A DNA stretch of 64,000 bases from Ignavibacteriota bacterium (GCA_963701295.1 OY969585.1:352001-416000); one strand, 5' to 3'; counted from the stretch's first letter, positions 1 to 10,654 are shown. The notes: a model not told the origin generated them from the letters alone. Numbers and translations: made by a program.

Positions 1-38
1 CTGAGGAACGAAACGCCGACAAAATAAGTTGATTTCAT
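1..38 (-). CDS. 5' end of a gene that runs off the window edge (MKSTYFVGVSFL...), possibly a signal peptide
   Basis: ATG at 38 on the minus strand, 27 nt after the comEA-like stop; open to the window edge; only 12 codons visible. Confidence 0.3.
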   Translation of the reverse strand, partial: MKSTYFVGVSFL

Positions 39-64
39 GTGTGGAATCTCTCGATGGGTGGTGG

Positions 65-493
65 CTATTGAGTTGTGATTATAGGACTGAGACGTTCCAA
101 TTTATTTTTACTTATTCCTTTAATAGCGCGAAGGTCTTCGATTGTGGTAAACCTTCCTGTCTCTTTGCGATACTTCAGAATGCGTTCCGCTGTCACTTCA
201 CCGATTCCCGGTAAATCCATCAATTGCTGTTCTGTGGCTGTATTGATATTAAGCTTTCCAGATTCTTTTCCGGTTCTCATGCTTGTCGGGACAACATTCA
301 CACTGTCTTCCGGTGCCGCGCTGAGCGCGGCAAACGTGCTATCTGATGTTCGATAATCAAACTGCGGTAAAGCCGGAAATGTTGCCTGATATAAACGAAT
401 AACCGCACCAAGCATCATCGTTGTAACCAAAAACAGGATTACATTCCGTTCAGTTTTTGTTAATGCCAGCCATTCCACAATACGCTTCAACAT
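65..493 (-). CDS. comEA: ComEA-family helix-hairpin-helix DNA-binding protein
   Basis: N-terminal TM segment; C-terminal KLNINTAT..L..LPGIG...A.RI..YR...G.F..IEDL..IKGI HhH domain. Confidence 0.85.
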   Translation of the reverse strand: MLKRIVEWLALTKTERNVILFLVTTMMLGAVIRLYQATFPALPQFDYRTSDSTFAALSAAPEDSVNVVPTSMRTGKESGKLNINTATEQQLMDLPGIGEVTAERILKYRKETGRFTTIEDLRAIKGISKNKLERLSPIITTQ

Positions 494-499
494 ATCCGA

Positions 500-1672
500 T
501 CAAGAAAAAACGTCTTTCACCTTATCGAAAAAAGACCGGTCGGTGTTGAGGCGATCCTCTTCGCTCGGGTTCACATGCTCACACGTCGAAAGGCTGCGCA
601 ACAATTCTTTTTCTTTCGCATTGAGTTTTGCAGGCACCCATACATTCACACGCACGAGTTCATCACCGCGGCCGTAGTTATTCAAATGTGGAATACCACG
701 CTCGCGCATTCGAAGCATTCGGCCCCCTGGCGTTCCTGGATCAACGGCAAGCTTTGCTTTTCCTGTAAGCGTTGGAATTTCTACGTCCCCGCCAAGCGCT
801 GCTGTCGGATAACTGATCCATAATTCATAAATGATATCATCACCATTGCGCTTGAAATGCTGATGCGGTTCTTCTTCGATAACAACAATGAGATCACCGG
901 CGGGACCGCCCCGACGCCCAGCATTCCCTTGACCCTGAAGAGGAATATAGTTTCCTTCTGTCACACCGGCGGGCACGTTCACTTTAATAGTCGATTCACC
1001 TTGTACGCGTCCTTCACCATGACAGCTTAAACACGGATCTTTCACAATGCGCCCTTCGCCTTCGCAGGAAGGACACGTCGTGATATTCACAAATTGACCG
1101 AACATAGAACGCGATACTTGCCGCAATTCACCGCTACCGCCGCATTGAGGGCAGGCAGATTTGCCGCTGGTGGATTTTGCTCCGCTTCCACTGCATATAT
1201 CACATTTTTTCTGACGTTTCACCTTAATCTTCTTTTCAACACCGCTAGCGATTTCTTCCAATGTCAAAGAAAGGCGAACACGCAAGTCTGAACCTGCTTG
1301 CCCATGTTGTGCAGAAGAACGCCGCCGAGATCGCTGACCACCTGTGAACATTTCCTCGAAAATCGAGCCGCCAAAGCCGCCTGAAAAAACATCACTAAAG
1401 GTGCTAAAAATATCATTAATGTCATGGAAGTCACGGTAATTCGTGCCGCGCAGTCCTTCATGACCGTACTGATCATAACGCTGTTTTTTTTCAGGGTCGC
1501 CTAGTACTTCGTATGCTTCTGCCGCTTCCTTGAATTTTTCTTCTGCCTCTTTATTTCCGGCATTACGGTCAGGGTGGTACTTCATAGCCATCTGCCGATA
1601 CGCTTTTTTTACTTCCTCCGGTGTTGCATTTCGATCAACTCCTAATATTTCGTAAAAATCTCTTTTCGCCAT
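500..1672 (-). CDS. dnaJ: Chaperone DnaJ
   Basis: J-domain with HPD, G/F-rich region, four CxxCxGxG repeats. Confidence 0.99.
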   Translation of the reverse strand: MAKRDFYEILGVDRNATPEEVKKAYRQMAMKYHPDRNAGNKEAEEKFKEAAEAYEVLGDPEKKQRYDQYGHEGLRGTNYRDFHDINDIFSTFSDVFSGGFGGSIFEEMFTGGQRSRRRSSAQHGQAGSDLRVRLSLTLEEIASGVEKKIKVKRQKKCDICSGSGAKSTSGKSACPQCGGSGELRQVSRSMFGQFVNITTCPSCEGEGRIVKDPCLSCHGEGRVQGESTIKVNVPAGVTEGNYIPLQGQGNAGRRGGPAGDLIVVIEEEPHQHFKRNGDDIIYELWISYPTAALGGDVEIPTLTGKAKLAVDPGTPGGRMLRMRERGIPHLNNYGRGDELVRVNVWVPAKLNAKEKELLRSLSTCEHVNPSEEDRLNTDRSFFDKVKDVFS

Positions 1673-1681
1673 AGCTTTTAC

Positions 1682-2284
1682 TTATTTCTTAAAAGTGCCG
1701 GTTGATGTTTCAGTTCCTTTTGGCGCTTCATCTAGAGTGGACGAAACGACCACCTTTGCATGTCGAATAACTTTATCGTTCAATGTATATCCCTTTTCAA
1801 CTTCTTCAAGAATTGTATAATGCGGTACATCGCTGCGTGGAATTTGCATCAGTGCGTCATGATACTCGACATTAAATTCTTTTCCCACCGTATCGAATGC
1901 CTTGACACCGCGCCCTTCCAGTACCTTCACGAGTTTTTGATAAATCAGCTCAATGCCTTTTATGAGTGCATCATTGTCTTTGCTTTCTCTCCTATGCTTC
2001 AATGAACGTTCAAAATCATCAAGCACCGGCAGCAAATCCTCCACCAATGATTCTGTTGCGTATTTGAGAATGTTTGTTGTTTCATTTTCGATGCGGCGTT
2101 TATAGTTATCGAATTCTGCTGCCTTCCGCAGCAATAAATCTTTATACTGGTCAACTTGCTTCTGAAGCTCTTCCATCTGGAGAGCTGATTCTGTTGCCTC
2201 CGGTAATTCAGGCGGAATACTTACCTCTGGTTTTAATTCTTCTCCAGTTCTGTTGTTATTATTTTCCAATTCTTTTTCTGCCAT
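1682..2284 (-). CDS. grpE: Nucleotide exchange factor GrpE
   Basis: AEFDNYKRR, LLPVLDDFERSL, KGYTLNDKVIRHAKVVV motifs; next to dnaJ. Confidence 0.98.
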   Translation of the reverse strand: MAEKELENNNNRTGEELKPEVSIPPELPEATESALQMEELQKQVDQYKDLLLRKAAEFDNYKRRIENETTNILKYATESLVEDLLPVLDDFERSLKHRRESKDNDALIKGIELIYQKLVKVLEGRGVKAFDTVGKEFNVEYHDALMQIPRSDVPHYTILEEVEKGYTLNDKVIRHAKVVVSSTLDEAPKGTETSTGTFKK

Positions 2285-2330
2285 AATTCAGTGATAATAA
2301 TTGTAAGATGAAACGTATAATAAATTTTTC

Positions 2331-3380
2331 TTAAGCACTTAACATTTTTGCAATCGTTTGGGCAACATAATCTACCAAGGGAATAACTTTGCTGTAATTC
2401 ATGCGCGTCGGACCGATGATACCGACACGTCCTGTTACTCCTTCTACGTCATATGTCCCAGTGACAAAGCTGTATTCTTTTGTTGTCTCGTCTTTATTCT
2501 CTGTTCCAATCGTTACCACAAAACCTTTTTGAAGTTCGTCATGCTTTTCAAGAAGGTGAACAATAATATCTTCGTTTTCGATCAGCTCGATTACGGAACG
2601 AAAATTTTTTGGGTCGATGAATTCCGGATGTTCAATGATATTCTTTGTACCACCGATCAGGACTTTGTCGCGTTCTTTAGAATCTGTGAACAGTTGATCG
2701 ACTGATTCGATAAAGAGGCGTATCAGTCCGGTCCGTTCACTCTGCATGTCCCGAACCCGGTCTACAAATGAATCACGAATTTCATTCAGTGTTAATCCTG
2801 ATAACCGTTCATTCAATAAACGACCGATCTGATCAAGATGATCCCTCCGGACTTCAACTCCTACCTCCATCATAATCGTACGCACTATTCCCGTACGAAT
2901 GGAAATCACGACGAGCAGTTTGGAACTCGCTATAGGAATAAGTTCGATCTTTTCAAATATACCGCTGCTGAGATGTGGCGAAGTTACAATACTGAGTTGA
3001 TGCGAGATCTTTCCGAGAAGTTTCGAGGTCTCGCGGAGCATCTCATCGGCATCGTTTGTTTGATCTAGTTGTTGATGAATCCGCAATTTTTCATCATCGC
3101 CAAGTTGCTGCATTTCCATCAGATAATCAATATAAAATCTGTACCCCAGGTCGGTTGGTACCCTACCTGCCGATGTATGTGGATGAGACAAAAAACCCAG
3201 CTCTTCTAGGTCCGCCATAACATTACGGATAGATGCAGCGCTCAAGCTGGATTCAAAATGCTTGGAGATATATCGCGAACCCACTGGAATAGCCGTTTGA
3301 ATGTAGTTATGCACTACATGGTGCAGAATGCTTTGTTCACGTTCATTTAACGTTTGGTTCTTATCGGTCACTTCTCCCAT
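2331..3380 (-). CDS. hrcA: Heat-inducible transcription repressor HrcA
   Basis: PVGSR..SAASIRNVMADLEELGFLSHPHTSAGRVPT winged helix; GIIGPTRMNY. Confidence 0.98.
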   Translation of the reverse strand: MGEVTDKNQTLNEREQSILHHVVHNYIQTAIPVGSRYISKHFESSLSAASIRNVMADLEELGFLSHPHTSAGRVPTDLGYRFYIDYLMEMQQLGDDEKLRIHQQLDQTNDADEMLRETSKLLGKISHQLSIVTSPHLSSGIFEKIELIPIASSKLLVVISIRTGIVRTIMMEVGVEVRRDHLDQIGRLLNERLSGLTLNEIRDSFVDRVRDMQSERTGLIRLFIESVDQLFTDSKERDKVLIGGTKNIIEHPEFIDPKNFRSVIELIENEDIIVHLLEKHDELQKGFVVTIGTENKDETTKEYSFVTGTYDVEGVTGRVGIIGPTRMNYSKVIPLVDYVAQTIAKMLSA

Positions 3381-3403
3381 ACGACATCTTTATCTCCAAT
3401 ACA

Positions 3404-3432
3404 AAATTAACCATTAAACGCTCCGTTGTCAA
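3404..3432 (-). promoter_or_regulatory. sigma70-type promoter of the hrcA operon
   Basis: TTGACA (3432-3427), 17-nt spacer, TAATTT (3409-3404) upstream of hrcA. Confidence 0.65.
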
Positions 3433-3434
3433 GG

Positions 3435-3461
3435 TAAGCACTCAATGAGTACGAGTGCTCA
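3435..3461. promoter_or_regulatory. CIRCE operator (HrcA binding site)
   Basis: TAAGCACTC-N9-GAGTGCTCA versus consensus TTAGCACTC-N9-GAGTGCTAA; lies 2 nt from the hrcA -35 box. Confidence 0.9.
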
Positions 3462-3542
3462 GAAACATGTATCTAATTCTCAAAACGCCATAATGTGTGG
3501 AAAATTGCATCGCCCCACATTTCTTCTTATCTTATCGCCGGC

Positions 3543-4661
3543 ATGGAAGCAAAACTCATTCTCGAAAACGGCACGATCTTCACAGGCGAGTCATTCGGTG
3601 CAGGCAATGAGACAACCGGTGAAGTTGTATTCAATACGAGCATTACCGGTTATCAAGAAATCCTTACTGATCCTTCCTACAGCGGACAAATCGTAACAAT
3701 GACCTATCCGCTCATTGGTAACTATGGTGTTAATATCGACGATCTTGAATCAGTCAAACCGCAAGTTGCAGGGTTTATTGTGAAGGAATATAGCGCTTTC
3801 CCGAGCAATTTCCGCTCGACAGAAAGTCTTGGTGATTGGTTAGCAAAACATAACATTACCGGCATTCAAGGTATCGACACACGGATGTTGACGAAAATGA
3901 TCCGCTCTGTAGGAGCAATGCGTGGAATAATTTCTACAAAAGATTTAGATGACAAGAGCCTGCTTGCTAAAGTAAAAAAATCGCCGCACATGGCTGGACT
4001 CGACCTCGCAAGCCGTGTCACCACAGACAAATTGTATACGTGGAATAAAATCGATACCACACCATTCGCACTTTCAGTAATAAATTCCAGAGCCAAGAAG
4101 TGGAACGTCGTTGTCTATGATTATGGTATCAAACAAAACATTCTTCGGCGATTGACTTCCTACGGATGCAACCTCACTGTTTTACCTGCACAGACTCCCG
4201 CAGATGAATTATTGAAGATGAATCCAGACGGCATATTCCTTTCTAATGGTCCCGGCGATCCGGCAGCGGTAGCATATGCCATTGAGAATATCAAGAAACT
4301 CATTGGCAAGAAACCCATCTTCGGAATTTGTCTTGGCCACCAATTGCTGGCGTTAGCTTTGGGAGGAAAAACATTCAAGTTGAAGTTCGGACACCGCGGC
4401 GGCAACCATCCGGTGAAAAATTTGAAGACAGGTTCAGTTGAAATTACATCACAGAATCATGGTTTTGCAGTCGATCCTAATTCACTAGATGCTAAATCAA
4501 TTGAAATCACGCACACCAATTTGAATGACCACACAAACGAAGGTTTCCGCCACCGATCGTTACCTCTCTTTAGTGTTCAATACCACCCCGAGGCTTCTCC
4601 CGGACCCCACGACAGCGATTACCTCTTCGCGCAGTTTATGGAGATGATGGAAAAACAGTAG
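3543..4661 (+). CDS. carA: Carbamoyl-phosphate synthase small subunit
   Basis: [47 protein letters not shown]; start moved to ATG 3543 ([10 protein letters not shown]). Confidence 0.98.
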   Translation: MEAKLILENGTIFTGESFGAGNETTGEVVFNTSITGYQEILTDPSYSGQIVTMTYPLIGNYGVNIDDLESVKPQVAGFIVKEYSAFPSNFRSTESLGDWLAKHNITGIQGIDTRMLTKMIRSVGAMRGIISTKDLDDKSLLAKVKKSPHMAGLDLASRVTTDKLYTWNKIDTTPFALSVINSRAKKWNVVVYDYGIKQNILRRLTSYGCNLTVLPAQTPADELLKMNPDGIFLSNGPGDPAAVAYAIENIKKLIGKKPIFGICLGHQLLALALGGKTFKLKFGHRGGNHPVKNLKTGSVEITSQNHGFAVDPNSLDAKSIEITHTNLNDHTNEGFRHRSLPLFSVQYHPEASPGPHDSDYLFAQFMEMMEKQ

Positions 4662-4751
4662 CACAATCCAGTTTTGGGTAGCGTTAAGTGTTTCCTCCTG
4701 ACATAGGTTGAGCGCAGAGGAGAATGAATCTGGAGGAGACTAATTCCCTTT

Positions 4752-5150
4752 TTATTTCGGTCTTTCCAGTAATTTCAATTTTGATTCTATAATCATCAGT
4801 ATTACCATGATCCCGCCAAAAGACAACATGACATACTTTATGAATGCATTTTCAATAATAGAATTCTTTAGTTTCTCAGCATGAAAGAGTATCTCATGTG
4901 GCATACCGATCAATCGAAAAGCCAATTCAAAGATATTCAGGTCGAAAAGCCACAGTATAAGGAAGATGAGCGTATCAACTGCGACAAAGATGAGAAAACT
5001 CAGAAGAATATTTTCCAGAATGCTCCGCTTGCGGCTTTCATGCAGAATTTTCTTCATCGTCGTATCGTTGAAATCCGGATCGGTTACTTCCAGATAACTA
5101 CTCTTCAGGATATCTTTTGTGAGCTTGTCTATATTTAAATTCTTCATCAT
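4752..5150 (-). CDS. Membrane protein, probable anti-sigma factor
   Basis: Overlaps the ECF sigma stop; soluble N-terminus with DF...TM.KI then two TM helices. Confidence 0.6.
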   Translation of the reverse strand: MMKNLNIDKLTKDILKSSYLEVTDPDFNDTTMKKILHESRKRSILENILLSFLIFVAVDTLIFLILWLFDLNIFELAFRLIGMPHEILFHAEKLKNSIIENAFIKYVMLSFGGIMVILMIIESKLKLLERPK

Positions 5151-5710
5151 AGGATAGATTGAATTTCCGACTTCAGGTTTTTATTTAAAATTTTATACAT
5201 TTTATTTCTTGCCCTGTGTAATTTCATTTTTACGTTATCCTGAGTCATGCTCGTTATTTCCATAATTTCGTCAATGGAATTCTCGCTTAAATAATACAGC
5301 GTTAGAAGCAACCGGTCTTCGACGCTCAATTCTTCCAGCGCATGATGGATGAACTTTTTCTGATCCGACAAATCCAGACTGCGGTACGCCAATTCCACGC
5401 TTTCTATAACGACATTGGCAATATCATCCTCATCTATACTGCTTAACTCCGGTCTTTTACTCCTTGTTCTCGATAATGAGCTGTTAACCACAATCCTATA
5501 AAACCATGTAGAGAATTTCGAGTCCTTCCTGAATTTTTCAAGCGACCTGAACGCTTTCAGAAATGCATCTTGGACAATTTCTTCTGCATCCTCTCTGTTA
5601 TCAACAATTCGAAACGCAATGGAGAAAGCCATATCTTTATATTTCTCAATGAAATAAGAAAATTTAGATGTGTTTCCTTCAAGAACAAGTTTCAGGTATA
5701 GATTGTCCAT
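5147..5710 (-). CDS. ECF-family RNA polymerase sigma factor
   Basis: DAEEIVQDAFLKAFRSLEKFRKDSKFSTWFYRIVVN (region 2), VKMKLHRAR (region 4); start moved to ATG 5710. Confidence 0.95.
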   Translation of the reverse strand: MDNLYLKLVLEGNTSKFSYFIEKYKDMAFSIAFRIVDNREDAEEIVQDAFLKAFRSLEKFRKDSKFSTWFYRIVVNSSLSRTRSKRPELSSIDEDDIANVVIESVELAYRSLDLSDQKKFIHHALEELSVEDRLLLTLYYLSENSIDEIMEITSMTQDNVKMKLHRARNKMYKILNKNLKSEIQSIL

Positions 5711-5712
5711 TG

Positions 5713-6084
5713 CTACTGGGAAGATTTCGTCTCGGTTTTCTTTCTGTACACATAATAGCCAATTAATCCGAGACCACCAAAGAGAAGTGCCATAATCGGC
5801 ATTATAATTTCTTGTCTCATTGGAGTATAAACGGAGAGAATGTACCCCAAAAGCAATCCAAATCCGATTCCGCCTATTAACATTCCCCACATGAGAACTT
5901 TATGGAACGTGGTTTCTTCTTTTATAAAAATTGAAGCATCTATTCCCTTTTCAATCAAAGCCATTCTCTCCTTATGTTTGGCTTTCCGGCTAAAGTAATA
6001 AATTAGTACAATTAAGGCGGGCGGCGCTCCAAAAATAAGAAGAATGGCTAACATTCCTGTTAATATTCCGAGTACGTCTTGCAT
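5713..6084 (-). CDS. DUF6249-like membrane protein preceding the ECF sigma
   Basis: TM - KHKERMALIEKGID - TM - TM layout; GGAG RBS upstream. Confidence 0.75.
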   Translation of the reverse strand: MQDVLGILTGMLAILLIFGAPPALIVLIYYFSRKAKHKERMALIEKGIDASIFIKEETTFHKVLMWGMLIGGIGFGLLLGYILSVYTPMRQEIIMPIMALLFGGLGLIGYYVYRKKTETKSSQ

Positions 6085-6142
6085 TTTTATTCTCCTATCA
6101 TATGTTTTTGTGTGTTATTTAGTATTCCGTTCATATAAGATA

Positions 6143-6170
6143 TGACTACAAGAAATGAATTTAGGTAACA
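6143..6170 (-). promoter_or_regulatory. Candidate ECF-dependent (autoregulatory) promoter
   Basis: TGTTACC-N16-AGTCA upstream of the DUF6249-ECF operon; ECF-like spacing, unverified. Confidence 0.35.
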
Positions 6171-6276
6171 GGATTGAGCAAAAAATTTTAATAAATAATT
6201 GAGAGTTTTTTTAACCAACCACAATAATTCGCCTAATTGATAGGGAATTCATTTTGAATGAGCCTGAACAGCGGCT

Positions 6277-7254
6277 CTAAAGGTTGTAAACCTCCGGATT
6301 GACAATATTTGGCAATCTCACACCTCGCAAGCCATGAATAATATTCTCTGCCGATAAACGCGCCATTGCAGTCCGCGCTTCTATCGTCGATGATCCGATG
6401 TGCGGCAGCACCGCCACAGTTTCCATTGAGAGAAGGGGATTCGTAGGTTTCATGGGTTCCGGATTTGTCACGTCGAGACCGGCGCCCCAAATAACTCGCT
6501 CGTTGAGAGCATCGATAAGATCTTTCTCGTTATGTATCAATCCCCGCGCCGTGTTGATAAATATTGCTGTTCGTTTCATTTCATGAAATGCCGTTTTATT
6601 GAATAGTTCTTTTGTCGCTTCGTTCAACGAACAATGAACCGATAACACATCGCTTTGCGCTAACAACTCATCAAATTCCACTTTGTGAGCCAGCAGGAGT
6701 TCTTCGGCAAAAGGATTTCTAGAGCGATTGCAATATATGACATTCATTTGATAAGCGCCTTTGCAGCGTTTTGCCATTTCTACACCAATCCGTCCAAGGC
6801 CGAATACACCTAAAGTTTTATTCTTCAACTCCATCCCAAGATTTGCTTTGGGCCGAAAAAATGTCCACTCTCCTCGAGCAATCGTTTTATGGAGATGAAA
6901 CGCTTTTCGCGATGCCGCCAGCATCAACAAAAAGGCAACATCTGCCGTAGCTTCGCTTAAAACATCAGGCGTATTTCCAATAGGTATTCGTAATCGGGTC
7001 GCTTCAGGTACGTCGACGTTATCGTACCCGACAGCATATTGGGCGATTACTTTCAGATGCTTGCATTCGTTCAGGAATTTATTATCGATTTTATCGGAGA
7101 ACATGCACAGCAATGCATCGTGTTGTTTTACATTCTCAATGAGTTCAGGTTGCGTTAACGGTCTATCGACCTGCCAGACTGTAACTTCAAAACCTTCTGC
7201 ACGCAGTAAATCGATTCCTTGGGCTGGAATATCTCGCGAGACAAAGATTTTCAT
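6277..7254 (-). CDS. D-isomer 2-hydroxyacid dehydrogenase (glyoxylate/hydroxypyruvate reductase family)
   Basis: AVGYDNVD, GVFGLGRIG, FINTARG, GLDV..PEP, LPHIGS. Confidence 0.93.
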   Translation of the reverse strand: MKIFVSRDIPAQGIDLLRAEGFEVTVWQVDRPLTQPELIENVKQHDALLCMFSDKIDNKFLNECKHLKVIAQYAVGYDNVDVPEATRLRIPIGNTPDVLSEATADVAFLLMLAASRKAFHLHKTIARGEWTFFRPKANLGMELKNKTLGVFGLGRIGVEMAKRCKGAYQMNVIYCNRSRNPFAEELLLAHKVEFDELLAQSDVLSVHCSLNEATKELFNKTAFHEMKRTAIFINTARGLIHNEKDLIDALNERVIWGAGLDVTNPEPMKPTNPLLSMETVAVLPHIGSSTIEARTAMARLSAENIIHGLRGVRLPNIVNPEVYNL

Positions 7255-7345
7255 TTTTCATTCCTATCATTGTTGAAGAGAAAGGGAAAGTGTATAAAAA
7301 AGATGCAGAAAAACTAAAACGCAGGTAATTTCTCAATTGCGGTGT

Positions 7346-8167
7346 TCATTTCGAAAATTGCAAATGCACGATGAACATAATATTAAACAGGTCGGAGAGG
7401 AAAGTCCCGAATTTATACCTAAATGACAATCCTTTCTTCATCCCTTTAAACATTGGGTATTCCTCCAATAATGTTATCCTTTTATCAAACGCCTGAATCT
7501 GCTTGGCCGTCTCAATTCCCCATTTTAGAATTGAACTCTCATCCATTCCTCCTGTTTCGATCACATGCTTATTGGCCACTTTCACGCCTAATGGCGAAGC
7601 TGCATCAAATATTATTTCGCTTGTCGGAAACATATCGGCAAGTCTGCTGAAGAAACTTTTCATTTGACCTTTTTCAAAATAGTAGAAGACCCCAGCCGCT
7701 AAAAACAAAACATTATCTTCAACCTTCACTTGACAAAGCCAACTCTCATCTAAAAATGAACGCGCGATACATGTACTTCTATCAATTTCCCGAATAAGAC
7801 CACTGCGCAACTTGATCACATCCGGCAAATCCAAATCATACCACGTGAGTTTACCATTATCAATGCGACTAAAAGTCGTGTCCAGCCCACAGCCGATATT
7901 GACAATGGTTGCCTTTGGATGTTTTAACAAAAAATGCCTGATGGCTCGATCGATATGAAGACTACGCGCTATCCATGCATATCGGGTTATTTCACTCATA
8001 TTACCCGCTATCGTAGAAAAATCATAATCTATCGTATCAATTATTTCGGCCGCAGTGTTATCTGCCAATAACGGCTTCTGTTTCCGAGTCTCAACCGCAC
8101 GTCCCCATAAAGGGAGAAGAAGAGTTTTTTGAACGCTCCCGAGTTCAATTGCTATTTTTTTTGACAA
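7346..8167 (-). CDS. Class I SAM-dependent methyltransferase (leucine carboxyl methyltransferase/TcmP-like)
   Basis: VQKTLLLPLWGRA, IVNIGCGLDT, WYDLDLPDVI.LR. Confidence 0.85.
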   Translation of the reverse strand: MSKKIAIELGSVQKTLLLPLWGRAVETRKQKPLLADNTAAEIIDTIDYDFSTIAGNMSEITRYAWIARSLHIDRAIRHFLLKHPKATIVNIGCGLDTTFSRIDNGKLTWYDLDLPDVIKLRSGLIREIDRSTCIARSFLDESWLCQVKVEDNVLFLAAGVFYYFEKGQMKSFFSRLADMFPTSEIIFDAASPLGVKVANKHVIETGGMDESSILKWGIETAKQIQAFDKRITLLEEYPMFKGMKKGLSFRYKFGTFLSDLFNIMFIVHLQFSK

Positions 8168-8516
8168 ATATATTTTTGTTTATTTGGATGAAAATAGTTT
8201 AGAAGAATGAACGACTCTGGAGACCGATGAACAACTTATCGCGGTTTCAACTCGCATGTCAAACCAACCCGCACCAATTATTATAAAAGGTAATTTAAAT
8301 GAAAACAATACCTTGATCGTTTGTCATTCCACGTCAAAACATTGTGAATAAGAAACCATCATCCGCCAAAGGGATACTGCAAACGTAGAATATGTGAGAC
8401 CGGTGCAGGCTCATATAAAGAAAAGAATTATGTGCTTTATAAAATATTTGCTCTCGGCTTCTTAAAGTTCTTTTATCCCTTCAAATACTTTATGTTTTGG
8501 TTCGAATAGATCCATT

Positions 8517-9131
8517 TTATTTATTTAATCTCTTAAAGATCGCATAGAGGTCGCCATATTTGATGGGCTTTGTGTATGTATTGAGAACGAGTTTCTCTAG
8601 GGACTTGAATATATCCTCCGGATACATATTAATGTTTACTTCTCCGAGAATTCCTTTCATCTCACGCGACGGGTCAACAGAATGCCGCATTGCCAACTCA
8701 CCAAAATCCTGCCCCCGTTCTATCGCTTCATAAACCGAATCAGCTTCTTCTGGAGTAGTACACAATATTTCTGCCAGATTCATAATTTGTAATTTTGCAT
8801 AGCGTATTTTAGTCCGCAGGTGAAACCATGTACTAATCGGCTGGCTCTCTGTGCGGGCAGGAGTAAAACGCCACTGCTTAATTGATGCTATAGCAAGCGA
8901 ATCCCACGAAGCATCGTCGCTGCCTTTGAGAAGCCGGGCTTTACCAACTGATCCGTCTTCCAGTATAAATAACACTACATCTAAATCAAAGGGCGTTCGA
9001 GAGAATGATTCTGGAATCGGAGGAAGCGGGTGCTTCAAGAGCACCTGTGGACCCGATGCATCTGGAATCTGTTTCATCGACGAACAGCCTACAAGGCACA
9101 CAATGCAAAGCAAAAAAATCGTGAGTCTCAT
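8517..9131 (-). CDS. Lipoprotein with TonB C-terminal-like domain fused to a parvulin (PpiC)-like domain
   Basis: Lipobox LVGC; VLFILEDGSV...WDSLAIASIKQWRFTPA (TonB_C); EILCTTPEEA...GQDFGELAMRHSVD...GILG (rotamase); GGAGG RBS before ATG 9131. Confidence 0.75.
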   Translation of the reverse strand: MRLTIFLLCIVCLVGCSSMKQIPDASGPQVLLKHPLPPIPESFSRTPFDLDVVLFILEDGSVGKARLLKGSDDASWDSLAIASIKQWRFTPARTESQPISTWFHLRTKIRYAKLQIMNLAEILCTTPEEADSVYEAIERGQDFGELAMRHSVDPSREMKGILGEVNINMYPEDIFKSLEKLVLNTYTKPIKYGDLYAIFKRLNK

Positions 9132-9419
9132 GATATACCTCCTATAGTAATTGTGTTGAAATTTACATGGTGACTTTACCACATAAACTTCCTAGAATCA
9201 CCTGCGAAAATGGTACTCAGTTTTCCTTAAAATCTCAAGCAATACTCGGTACGATAAACCAGATATTGCCTATATAAACAGGTTCTTTCCGCCAATTAAA
9301 TATAACTATCTTTAAATGTACTCTTGTGTTTTTCTTATATCGACGATCTGAGAACATTAACAGGAAAAATACTTGGGTTTTTTTTATCCATAGCACATGA
9401 GATTTTGTACTTGTGAATA

Positions 9420-9773
9420 TTACTTTGGAATTACTTGGAATATTTTAAGAATTGGGATAAGAACTTTTACAGCGAATATACTCAGAATAGTACCAACGAG
9501 GAATAAGATAATGCCACAAATCGCCCACCGTTTTTGCACCCGTTGAAAATGTTCAATGCTTTTCCAGCGTTTATTCTGCCAAGCCCATTCATTCCCTTTG
9601 AATCCTAATACAAATGCCATAAGAATCCCAACAACCGGAATAATGCTGAGCAACGCGATATATGTCCTGTTAAACAATCCCCATAATACATTAAGGAAAA
9701 AAGCACCCCAGTTCCATGATTGAATTTCTGAAGGTATGTCAGAATCTTTTCCTTGTCCTGATGTGTTTTCCAT
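9420..9773 (-). CDS. Conserved small membrane protein (WNWGAF family)
   Basis: WNWGAFFLN.LWG...KGNEWAWQNKRW.S.EHF..VQKRWA motif; several hydrophobic segments. Confidence 0.75.
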   Translation of the reverse strand: MENTSGQGKDSDIPSEIQSWNWGAFFLNVLWGLFNRTYIALLSIIPVVGILMAFVLGFKGNEWAWQNKRWKSIEHFQRVQKRWAICGIILFLVGTILSIFAVKVLIPILKIFQVIPK

Positions 9774-9877
9774 ACAAGAATTCTATTTCTCTGACGATGA
9801 GATGCCTATAATCAAATACGGTAAAATAGATTATGAGTTTCTAATTCCAGTGCCAAAATAGTAGAGATTTTTCAGCC

Positions 9878-9896
9878 AAAATACAAACGCCGATGA
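9878..9896. repeat. 19-bp direct repeat, copy 1 (copy 2 at 11186-11204)
   Basis: AAAATACAAACGCCGATGA is identical at both positions. Confidence 0.85.
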
Positions 9897-9964
9897 CCGG
9901 AGAATTCAACCGTTGAATAACGGTAATCTTGGTGTAGACATATCACTCACGGATTATTTGTTTT

Positions 9965-10603
9965 TCATTTAAGTTGAAAATTTTCCATGAAAAGCAATCG
10001 CACTCCTAATCCAATGAGCACCGTACCTGTGATCCTTTGTCTCCATATGGAGAATTTCCCGTCCTGTGTGAACCTAGTACTCATGGTAGCCGCGATAAAC
10101 ACCAACATGGACTCATACACAATATCCAGAATTGCCAGAATCGCTCCCAGCGTAATAAATTGCAAAATGATCCAGCCATGCCGGGGATCAACAAACTGAG
10201 GAACAAACGCTAAGAAAAAAAGTGTAACTTTCGGATTCAGGACACCGGTGATAAAGGCTTTTGCAAAAGGTCCGGTTGAACTTCTACCCTGTGTGTTTGC
10301 AGAGGTTTCGCCGATTTTTTGTTTAGAGAAGGCTTTGATTCCCAGATAGATTAAATATGCAGCTCCTAGATATTTGACAATAATATAAGCTGCAGTTGAT
10401 GTTGCTAGGATAGCTGACAATCCGAGTGCAGCTGCGATAGCATGAACGAATGTTGCGGTATTAAGCCCTATTGCCGTTATGATGCCTGCCTTTCTCCCTT
10501 CACCGATGGTTCTCGTAAGCACAAGTGCCTGAGCCGGACCTGGCGCTAGAATGATGACTATACTCGCCGTTATGAATGTAATCAACGTAGTCGAATCGTA
10601 CAT
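9965..10603 (-). CDS. LysE/RhtB-family exporter
   Basis: APGP...GRKAG...G, KYLGAAYLIYLG, LNPKV.LFFLAF.PQF. Confidence 0.93.
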   Translation of the reverse strand: MYDSTTLITFITASIVIILAPGPAQALVLTRTIGEGRKAGIITAIGLNTATFVHAIAAALGLSAILATSTAAYIIVKYLGAAYLIYLGIKAFSKQKIGETSANTQGRSSTGPFAKAFITGVLNPKVTLFFLAFVPQFVDPRHGWIILQFITLGAILAILDIVYESMLVFIAATMSTRFTQDGKFSIWRQRITGTVLIGLGVRLLFMENFQLK

Positions 10604-10654
10604 TTGTAATACCAAAAAGAAAATATTCAAATTGGAAGGAGATTTTTCTCCGGC

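Noticed and set aside
4678-4730. GCGTTAAGTG resembling part of the THF riboswitch
   Set aside because: The rest of the consensus is missing and the site lies between two convergent gene ends.
9843-9858. sigma54-like TTGGCAC on the minus strand (also TGGCACG at about 22862 on the plus strand)
   Set aside because: The -12 GC is absent at the required GG-N10-GC spacing.
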